From a virus (Duplodnaviria > Caudoviricetes), in IMG/VR virus record IMGVR_UViG_3300020042_003587, positions 1 to 25,268 of that record: a stretch of 25,268 bases of DNA; one strand, written 5' to 3'. The translations under genes were made by a program, and so were the position numbers. The notes beneath the pieces are model-generated. The model saw only the letters and a list, made by a program, of their open reading frames with translations, was not told the origin of the DNA and did not search any database. Below are positions 17,700-24,056 of this stretch, in pieces (position 1 is the first letter of the stretch; every line of letters begins with the position of its first letter).

Positions 17700-18181
17700 G
17701 CAACGCAGTAGAGAAAAAGATAGCAGATTTAATCTTATTGATTCCATCGGAGCAGCAGCAATACGCACGCAGACGAATTGATAACTTAGTTAGAGCTGTA
17801 ATAGAGACACCGATACCCGAGCTTAAGTGGCAGACGATTAATGGTGAGGTGGAATCTTTAAATGAGCAGCAAGTAAATAAGATGATGAAGGTAGTCTGCA
17901 AGCTCACCCAGGTAGATTGGTCAGAGCTTAAGGGCAAGTGCAGAAAGCGTGAGATTAATGATATCAGGCAGACGTCTATGTGGATCTTGCGTAAGGGTAC
18001 TTCGCTAAGCTTTGCTAACATCGGTACTATATTCAACCGACATCATGCTACTGTGCTGCACGCTGTTGAATCGGTTAACAATATGATTGAAACTGATAGC
18101 ATGTACAGAGGTCAGGTGGAGCAGATTCTAAATCACATAGATAACGAGAGGCTCACTAAAGCCTTTGAAAAATTAACTTAA
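17696..18181 (+). CDS. Stand-alone DnaA C-terminal (domain IV) DNA-binding protein
   Basis: LKGKCRKREINDIRQTSMWILRKGTSLSFANIGTIFNRHHATVLHAVESV matches the DnaA domain IV basic loop and HTH signature. No AAA+ domain. Confidence 0.85.
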   Translation: MSNAVEKKIADLILLIPSEQQQYARRRIDNLVRAVIETPIPELKWQTINGEVESLNEQQVNKMMKVVCKLTQVDWSELKGKCRKREINDIRQTSMWILRKGTSLSFANIGTIFNRHHATVLHAVESVNNMIETDSMYRGQVEQILNHIDNERLTKAFEKLT

Positions 18182-18194
18182 TCAATAATCAATC

Positions 18195-18578
18195 ATGAAG
18201 CAATTAACCATCAGTTACGATACCGGTAAGGTAACAATCGAAAGGGTAAAAAGAGTCTGCGTATTAATTAACGCAGGCATGACTCCCAGCGCAGCGCTAA
18301 GAACTGAGCGTATGGGTAAACAATACCTACAACTATTGAGAGAGGTAGGCATTATTAAGAAGGTAGGCTCACGCGAGTGGGAAGCTGCTAAGCATCTTAG
18401 GCAAGATAAGTTTAATCAGTTTATTGAGGCAAAGAATAAGTATTACGAAAACATTCAAGCCACTAAAGCAGATACTGATATGCTCGGTTTAGTCAATATG
18501 CCTAAGTCAGCACCTATAAAAAAAGCAGTAGCCTTGCCATGGTGGAAGAGATTTCTTCTATATTTGCTCAATCACTAA
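18195..18578 (+). CDS. Hypothetical protein (127 aa), possibly DNA-binding, amphipathic C-terminus
   Basis: ORF with A-rich leader; ends LPWWKRFLLYLLNH. Confidence 0.7.
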   Translation: MKQLTISYDTGKVTIERVKRVCVLINAGMTPSAALRTERMGKQYLQLLREVGIIKKVGSREWEAAKHLRQDKFNQFIEAKNKYYENIQATKADTDMLGLVNMPKSAPIKKAVALPWWKRFLLYLLNH

Positions 18579-18590
18579 TCAATTAAACCA

Positions 18591-18914
18591 ATGATGACTA
18601 TTCTATTAAGGCGCATAGAGGCGCTTGAGGAGAGGGTAAAAGCGCTTGAAACAAAGCGCTCTGCCTCTACCAAATTCACACCCCCATCACTCTCAGATGT
18701 AGTAGCTTACATGGATGACTTAGTTCTATCTAAGAAATTCTACTGCCACTATGAGAGCAACGGTTGGAAGGTAGGCAAGAATTCCATGAAGAGCTGGAGA
18801 GCAGCAGCAGATCAGTGGAAAGCAAGAGAGATTAACAATAAAAAAACTACAGAAGATGAGCAAAGAATTGGCCGCATTAGTAGACAAGAGCTTCAGTCGT
18901 TCACTCAGCGCTGA
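18591..18914 (+). CDS. Replication-initiator-like protein (C-terminal domain type)
   Basis: FTPPSLSDV..Y...FYCHYESNGWKVGKNSMKSWRAAA..W resembles the C-terminus of Bacteroidota phage replication proteins. The N-terminus is only a short coiled coil. Confidence 0.6.
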   Translation: MMTILLRRIEALEERVKALETKRSASTKFTPPSLSDVVAYMDDLVLSKKFYCHYESNGWKVGKNSMKSWRAAADQWKAREINNKKTTEDEQRIGRISRQELQSFTQR

Positions 18915-19602
18915 AGAGAAGGCTATAGCTGAATGCATTAGCTCACCTAAGCTTCACTCATTATCTGAGCAGGAGTTTAGAGAGCTTATAGCGCAGGCTG
19001 CTGTAATCAATTCTATTAAAGCTTTACCTTCAGATATAGAAGTTACTCTGCTTCAGCAACTTACTCAGTCTACTTATAGAAGTACATCAATTAAAGATTG
19101 GCAAAATGCTTTCTTGTATAATGCCATCGGTAAAGACTTCGAAAGAGTAGAGGCGTTCAACTTATTCAGCATAAGCTTTATGGCCGATGTGCTTAAGCGT
19201 TATGAGGAATATAAGAGCAAAGTGTGGCGAGAGCTGAACAAATCTTTAATCTTACCGGAAGCACAGTCTAAACCTATAGAGCCTACTGATCCTATTACAG
19301 CTTTGCATGAAGATGCAGAGCGCTATAAGAATGGTAAAGAAACATGGGTAGAAATCTCTGCACCGTACAACTGCCAGCGCCTCTTTAGAAAAGGTATCTA
19401 TAAGAAGTCTCAATGGCTGCCTGAAGTATGGGAACGCTTTGAAGATATTGCTAAGCAGAAAATAGAGGCTAAATTTAAGGCATCTAACAAAGTTATCTTA
19501 GGAGAATCTGCACAGTCTGAATTTGATGCTCTGCAAAAGATAGAGCTGAGCCGAATAGTTTACATAGATATTATTAAACAAATTAACAAAGAGAAATCAT
19601 GA
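18856..19602 (+). CDS. Hypothetical protein, possible helicase loader / initiator partner
   Basis: 248 aa, helical, overlapping the initiator-like gene. Function inferred from position only; no Walker A motif seen. Confidence 0.55.
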   Translation: MSKELAALVDKSFSRSLSAEEKAIAECISSPKLHSLSEQEFRELIAQAAVINSIKALPSDIEVTLLQQLTQSTYRSTSIKDWQNAFLYNAIGKDFERVEAFNLFSISFMADVLKRYEEYKSKVWRELNKSLILPEAQSKPIEPTDPITALHEDAERYKNGKETWVEISAPYNCQRLFRKGIYKKSQWLPEVWERFEDIAKQKIEAKFKASNKVILGESAQSEFDALQKIELSRIVYIDIIKQINKEKS

Positions 19603-19844
19603 CAAGAGAAAGGTTTCAAGAGCTCATCTATATTCATGAAGAGATAGATGATTTAAGAACTAAAATAGTAGACTTAACAAGAGCTAAAAAAAGAAAGCCT
19701 GAGCTTTACATACCTAAAGAATTTGGCTATTCAATTTCTATAGTTTACATCAGTAATGAAAATTATGAAAGCATTATTGATTATGAGATTGAAAAATGCC
19801 AAGAGCAAATAGAAACATTAACTAAAGAATTTGAAAAATCATGA
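19599..19844 (+). CDS. Hypothetical protein (81 aa)
   Basis: ATGA overlaps on both sides. Confidence 0.7.
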   Translation: MTRERFQELIYIHEEIDDLRTKIVDLTRAKKRKPELYIPKEFGYSISIVYISNENYESIIDYEIEKCQEQIETLTKEFEKS

Positions 19845-20035
19845 TACCATTCCACAAATCAATTAAGTGCTATAGACTTTTTTACGGCTATAAGCAAGAC
19901 TACCTGGCATACAAGTTAGGCATAGAGCAAAGTAATTACTGCCTTCGCGAGCAGGGCATAAGCAACTTTAAAGACCATGAGATAGAGATTCTTAAAGACT
20001 TGTTTAGAATAGAGATTCGGGAGGAGAAGCTGTGA
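19841..20035 (+). CDS. XRE-family helix-turn-helix protein
   Basis: IKCYRLFYGYKQDYLAYKLGIEQSNYCLREQG fits the XRE HTH pattern. Confidence 0.8.
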   Translation: MIPFHKSIKCYRLFYGYKQDYLAYKLGIEQSNYCLREQGISNFKDHEIEILKDLFRIEIREEKL

Positions 20036-21021
20036 AGCATGGCTCACTATTCAGCGGAATCGGTGGATTCGATTTGGCTGCCGAATGGATGGGATGGGAT
20101 AACATCTTTCACTGCGAATGGATGCCATTTCCACGCAAAGTATTAAATCATTATTGGCCTAATTCTATAAGTTATGAAGATATCACAAAAACAGATTTCA
20201 CTATTCACAGAGGAACAATTGACATACTCACAGGCGGGTTTCCTTGTCAACCATACTCAAGCGCAGGTAAGCGACTTGGGAAAGAGGACGAGCGACACCT
20301 CTGGCCGCATATGCTCAGAGTCATTTCAGAAGTTAAACCAACCTACGTCGTGGGCGAAAACGTTCGCGGACTTACTAATTGGAATGGGGGAGTGGTCTTC
20401 GAAGAAGTGTGCGTTGACTTGGAAAGTCAAGGGTACACCGTACAACCGATACTTTTGCCAGCTTGTGCCGTCGGTGCGCCACACCGAAGAGATAGAGTTT
20501 GGTTCGTCGCTTACAATGCTGCCTACTCCAATAGCAGGAGATTGGAAGGGACAGAGGAGATCAGATGGAACAGCATCAATGCTGAGTGGGAAAGCGAGTT
20601 TGGGATTACTTCCAACACCAACTTGCTTCGACAGCACGAACGCGAGTGCAACAATGAAGAGTTCACAAGTGAAGGAGGGATCAATGCACTCAATGACATT
20701 GCCGAGAATGTTGAGTATGGGGCTGCTGCATACCCCAAGAACATCGGACAAGAATATGCATTGGAAAACGGAGAACTGGAAAGGGGACGATTTAGGCAGT
20801 CAAATAAACGAGGCTTTTGGAACGCGTTCCCATCTCAATCCCCGATTTGTGGCGGAGATGATGGGCTTCCCACCGAATTGGACGGAATTACCTTTTCAAA
20901 GTGGCGACAAGAATCTATAAAGGGTTATGGTAATGCAATCGTTCCACAGGTTGCCTATGAAATTTTCAAGGTAATTGCTGAAATGGATGCAAGAGAAAAG
21001 GCACAACTGAAATTATTTTAG
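20032..21021 (+). CDS. DNA (cytosine-5)-methyltransferase, catalytic (alpha) polypeptide
   Basis: Motif I SLFSGIGG, IV GGFPCQ, VI ENV, VIII PHRRDRVW, X GYGNAIVP. No recognisable motif IX in this frame. GTG start overlaps the upstream stop. Confidence 0.92.
   Translation: MKHGSLFSGIGGFDLAAEWMGWDNIFHCEWMPFPRKVLNHYWPNSISYEDITKTDFTIHRGTIDILTGGFPCQPYSSAGKRLGKEDERHLWPHMLRVISEVKPTYVVGENVRGLTNWNGGVVFEEVCVDLESQGYTVQPILLPACAVGAPHRRDRVWFVAYNAAYSNSRRLEGTEEIRWNSINAEWESEFGITSNTNLLRQHERECNNEEFTSEGGINALNDIAENVEYGAAAYPKNIGQEYALENGELERGRFRQSNKRGFWNAFPSQSPICGGDDGLPTELDGITFSKWRQESIKGYGNAIVPQVAYEIFKVIAEMDAREKAQLKLF
20174..20920 (+). CDS. Nested +1-frame gene: putative beta polypeptide of the C5-methyltransferase (TRD-like repeats and motif IX)
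   Basis: 248 stop-free codons inside the MTase gene, with three L[P/H]TP..xD repeats and LNPRFVAEMMGFPPNWT, resembling motif IX (LTPRE.ARLQGFP). Confidence 0.8.
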   Translation: MKISQKQISLFTEEQLTYSQAGFLVNHTQAQVSDLGKRTSDTSGRICSESFQKLNQPTSWAKTFADLLIGMGEWSSKKCALTWKVKGTPYNRYFCQLVPSVRHTEEIEFGSSLTMLPTPIAGDWKGQRRSDGTASMLSGKASLGLLPTPTCFDSTNASATMKSSQVKEGSMHSMTLPRMLSMGLLHTPRTSDKNMHWKTENWKGDDLGSQINEAFGTRSHLNPRFVAEMMGFPPNWTELPFQSGDKNL

Positions 21022-21046
21022 GCATTTCTTCCACTAACAATAAGAG

Positions 21047-21075
21047 AGCTCAGCATAACGCTGGGCTTTTTTATT
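21047..21075 (+). terminator. Rho-independent terminator ending the early operon
   Basis: AGCTCAGC-ATAAC-GCTGGGCT followed by TTTTTATT. Confidence 0.85.
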
Positions 21076-21087
21076 AATCTTTATCGT

Positions 21088-21438
21088 ATGAATCTATTTA
21101 GAAAGAAGAAGGAAGTAGTAGATTTAAATGCGAAGCTGCTGCCTGAGTTATGCAGCACTTACATAGTTCAGTGGAACTATACCGAGGATATCGGAATGGA
21201 GGCTATCTATGCGGATAACGTGCCTTTTATGTTTGATGCTCGCAAATGTGTGGGCATCCAGGCTGAAGTAGAATTTAGAAGTGATGGCACTTACTACGTA
21301 GGGCAGCGCACAATAGCACTGATGCAAGGCATTGATAACGGAATAGTAATAGATGTGCCTTACAACGAATTTAAGAAGCATTTTCAGGAGCTTAAATCTA
21401 ATATTATAACTAATGATTACATCATATCGAGAGGGTAG
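21088..21438 (+). CDS. Hypothetical protein (116 aa)
   Basis: First ORF after the terminator; overlaps the phosphoesterase gene. Confidence 0.7.
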   Translation: MNLFRKKKEVVDLNAKLLPELCSTYIVQWNYTEDIGMEAIYADNVPFMFDARKCVGIQAEVEFRSDGTYYVGQRTIALMQGIDNGIVIDVPYNEFKKHFQELKSNIITNDYIISRG

Positions 21439-22291
21439 AAATGTCATAGTAACTACTTGCAAAAGCGGGGATAAATTCTTAATGATGAGCGACATCCATT
21501 GGGACAATCCTCACTGCGACAGGAAGCTACTTAAGGCGCATTTAGATAAGTGCTTAGAAGAAAACATCTACTTTGCTATAAACGGGGACTTATTTTGTTG
21601 CATGATGGGGAAGTACGATCCACGTAGAAGCAAGCAGGACATTCGCCCGGAGCACAACGTGGCAAATTACTTAGACGCATTAGTGAACACAGCTATAGAT
21701 TGGTTTAAGCCTTATGCTCATTTAATGGTTTTCGTAGGCTATGGTAATCATGAGACAGCCATTACTAAAAACTGTGAGACTGATTTAATAGAGCGCTTTG
21801 TTAGTGGTTTAAATCGCGAAGCTGGATCTAATGTATTAGTAGGTGGCTATGGCGGATGGTGGATTCATCGCGTGAGCAAGGGAAAGAGCAGCAGCTTTAT
21901 TTTCAAAACTAAATACTACCATGGATCAGGTGGAGGAGGAGTGGTTACGAAGGGAGTAATTCAGAATAATAGAATGGGAGTTATGATTGATGGCGCTGAC
22001 TGCATTTGGAGTGGTCACGTGCATGAACTTTACCACCATGCAGATATGGTAGAGGAGTTATGCTACAGCCCAGGCAATAGCTATAGAATTAACATGCGCT
22101 ACGTGCATCACATTAGAACAGCAAGCTATAAAGAAGAGTATGATGAGGGCTACATGGGCTTTCACGTGGAGCGAATGAGACCTCCTAAACCTTTGGGCGC
22201 TTACCTATTAGAATTAAATTTAGAAAGAATTAGAACTCCTGTAGATACTCACATCATTGTACCTAATTTTGTACAATGGCGGGACAAATAG
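21413..22291 (+). CDS. Calcineurin-like metallophosphoesterase
   Basis: All five motifs present: SDIH, NGDLF, GNHE, YHG, GHVH. Confidence 0.88.
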   Translation: MITSYREGRNVIVTTCKSGDKFLMMSDIHWDNPHCDRKLLKAHLDKCLEENIYFAINGDLFCCMMGKYDPRRSKQDIRPEHNVANYLDALVNTAIDWFKPYAHLMVFVGYGNHETAITKNCETDLIERFVSGLNREAGSNVLVGGYGGWWIHRVSKGKSSSFIFKTKYYHGSGGGGVVTKGVIQNNRMGVMIDGADCIWSGHVHELYHHADMVEELCYSPGNSYRINMRYVHHIRTASYKEEYDEGYMGFHVERMRPPKPLGAYLLELNLERIRTPVDTHIIVPNFVQWRDK

Positions 22292-23595
22292 ACTATAACT
22301 TTAAGCCACTAACGAGGCAAAGCGAAGCACTTAAATTCTTATCAGTAGACTCAGACGTTGAAACTATACTCTACGGAGGAGCAGCAGGCGGTGGTAAAAC
22401 TATGCTCGGCTGCATGTGGCAGATTCTTAGACGTTTAAAATACCCAGGCACACGATCTCTAATAGGCCGAGCTAAGTTAGATACGCTTAAAAAGACTACT
22501 ATGGCTACCTTCTTTCAGGTGGCTAATGAGATAGGCTTAAAGGCAGGAGAAGATTTTATCTATAATCAGCAATCACACATCATTAAATTTAGCAATGGCT
22601 CAGAGATAATACTTGCCGATTTGTTTCTCTATCCATCAGATCCCATGATGACGGATTTAGGGGGCTTGGAAGTTACAGATGTATTCATAGATGAAGCTAC
22701 AGAAATAACTGAGAAAGCTTATTCTATTGTTAGCTCACGTATACGTTATAAGCTTAAAGAATTTGGCCTTAAGCCTAAGATTTTACTCACGTGTAACCCA
22801 TCTAAGGGATGGATTTATAATCAGTTTTACTTGCCTTACAAGAATCAAAATCTGCCTGCTCACAGAGCATTCGTGCAGGCACTACCTGGGGACAATATAC
22901 ACTTACCTGATTCTTACGTTACAAGCTTAACGAGATTACCCGAAGCTGATAGAAAGAGACTGTTAGAGGGAGACTGGGAATTTGATAATAGCTCAGATAG
23001 ATTATACATGTACGATGAACTGATGCGCTGCTTCAGAGAGCCAATGAATGTAGGAGAGGGATATATCACAGCAGACATCGCGCGATTAGGAAAGGATAGA
23101 ACTGTGCTTTGTGTGTGGAAAGGCTTAAGCTGCATAGATATAGTTATACTGCGCCAAAAGAGACAGGATGAAGTTAAGGCAGAAATACAGCGGTTAATGA
23201 ATCAGCACCAAGTTAGACTAAGCAACGTACTTGCAGATGCTGATGGGGTGGGGGGAGGTCTCGTTGACAGCCTTCGATGCAGGGAATTTATGAATGGAAG
23301 CAAAGCTGTGAGGGGTACTCAGTACATGAATCTAAAAGCTGACTGCTACTTTAGATTAGGAGAGCTGATAGATAAAAATGAGATTACTCTGCCTATTAAA
23401 TATCAGGAAGATATAGTGAAAGAGCTTGAGTTAATAAGACGTGTTGATCCTGATAAGGAAGGAAAGCTAAGAGTAACAAGTAAAGATACCATAAGCCAGC
23501 GCACCGGTGGAATATCTCCCGATATAGCTGATGCTATCATGATGCGAGCTTACTTTGAGCTTAATAGAAATTATACTAAGTACGCTTTTATCTAA
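22276..23595 (+). CDS. terL: Terminase large subunit
   Basis: Walker A GGAAGGGKT, Walker B VFIDEA, coupling motif TCNP, nuclease acidic residues in ADIAR, DADGVGGG and SPDIADA. Confidence 0.93.
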   Translation: MAGQIDYNFKPLTRQSEALKFLSVDSDVETILYGGAAGGGKTMLGCMWQILRRLKYPGTRSLIGRAKLDTLKKTTMATFFQVANEIGLKAGEDFIYNQQSHIIKFSNGSEIILADLFLYPSDPMMTDLGGLEVTDVFIDEATEITEKAYSIVSSRIRYKLKEFGLKPKILLTCNPSKGWIYNQFYLPYKNQNLPAHRAFVQALPGDNIHLPDSYVTSLTRLPEADRKRLLEGDWEFDNSSDRLYMYDELMRCFREPMNVGEGYITADIARLGKDRTVLCVWKGLSCIDIVILRQKRQDEVKAEIQRLMNQHQVRLSNVLADADGVGGGLVDSLRCREFMNGSKAVRGTQYMNLKADCYFRLGELIDKNEITLPIKYQEDIVKELELIRRVDPDKEGKLRVTSKDTISQRTGGISPDIADAIMMRAYFELNRNYTKYAFI

Positions 23596-23597
23596 AG

Positions 23598-23891
23598 AAA
23601 AGTGTAATCCATTACATTTATTCGTACTTAAAAGTGTAATAGAGTCCCATTAAAGTATTATTTAACAGTCATTAGGGCGCTAAAAGACACGTTATGCATG
23701 ATATAACATACTTTAATATGAGTTAGATGCTATTAATAACATCTTTGTCGCAAGTATAGTAGACTTTTGCGACAGCTATAGTAGAAAATAATCTACAAAA
23801 TCAGGCTTATTGTGGAAAATACTCCCCAAAATTATATCTAAAAGCTCCTAATATTTACAACTTTTAGGATTTAATATGCAATTAGATATAA
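23598..23891. repeat. Cluster of imperfect palindromes and 31-32-bp-spaced direct repeats
   Basis: AAAAGTGTAAT at 23598 and 23630; GTTA...TAAC units at 23691 and 23722; GT[A/G]GAAAATA at 23781 and 23812; TGTCGCAA/TTGCGACA at 23746-23774; TTATATCTAA/TTAGATATAA at 23832-23891. Confidence 0.7.
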
Positions 23892-23923
23892 ACTAAAATA
23901 GCCCTGCACGTTTGCAAGGCTAT
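23889..23923 (-). terminator. Minus-strand Rho-independent terminator
   Basis: Minus strand reads ATAGCCTTGCA-AACG-TGCAGGGCTAT-TTTAGTTT. The stem has a U-G pair and a U-tract only in this orientation. Confidence 0.75.
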
Positions 23924-23969
23924 CTCAGAATCAATAATCAATGTTAGCCTAAACCAAAAGCTAAATGGA
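23890..23969 (-). ncRNA. Candidate ~80-nt trans-acting antisense small RNA
   Basis: Bounded by a TATCTTTG -7 box and a terminator, with no credible ORF. Contains complements of AATCAATAATCAAT and TAAACCAAA, which occur at the start regions of early genes. Ends are approximate. Confidence 0.6.
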
Positions 23970-23973
23970 TGCT

Positions 23974-23981
23974 CAAAGATA
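23974..23981 (-). promoter_or_regulatory. Bacteroidota -7 promoter box for the candidate sRNA
   Basis: Plus-strand CAAAGATA reads TATCTTTG on the minus strand (TAnnTTTG). The -33 element is only a partial match (TTA at 20-nt spacing). Confidence 0.6.
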
Positions 23982-23995
23982 CTATCTAAATCCTA

Positions 23996-24027
23996 TGTGA
24001 ATAAGTATGTTAACAAGATGTGGATAG
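23996..24027. promoter_or_regulatory. Three co-oriented DnaA-box-like 9-mers
   Basis: TGTGAATAA (23996, matches TTWTNCACA on the reverse strand), TGTTAACAA (24008, degenerate) and TGTGGATAG (24019, one mismatch). Start-to-start spacing 12 and 11 bp. Confidence 0.55.
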
Positions 24028-24044
24028 CGCTTAAGTTAATTAAC

Positions 24045-24052
24045 TAATTTTG
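24045..24052 (+). promoter_or_regulatory. Bacteroidota -7 box for the VRR-NUC / sigma operon
   Basis: TAATTTTG ending 4 nt before the ATG at 24057. Confidence 0.55.
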
Positions 24053-24056
24053 AATC

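Noticed and set aside
20032-21021. Interpreting the MTase as a frameshifted pseudogene or assembly error
   Set aside because: Both frames stay open across 747 nt and motif X returns in the original frame, which a single indel would not produce.
23245-23258. G-rich tract GGGGTGGGGGGAGG in terL as a phase-variation or G-quadruplex site
   Set aside because: It encodes the GVGGG segment of the nuclease domain and the frame is intact.
23596-23891. Possible CRISPR array or tRNA in the intergenic region
   Set aside because: No constant repeat separated by spacers and no cloverleaf or T-loop consensus; the repeat pairs differ from one another.
23941-23952. Plus-strand ATG following the AATCAATAATCA leader-like sequence
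   Set aside because: Encodes only Met-Leu-Ala-stop; better explained as the complement of the minus-strand RNA.
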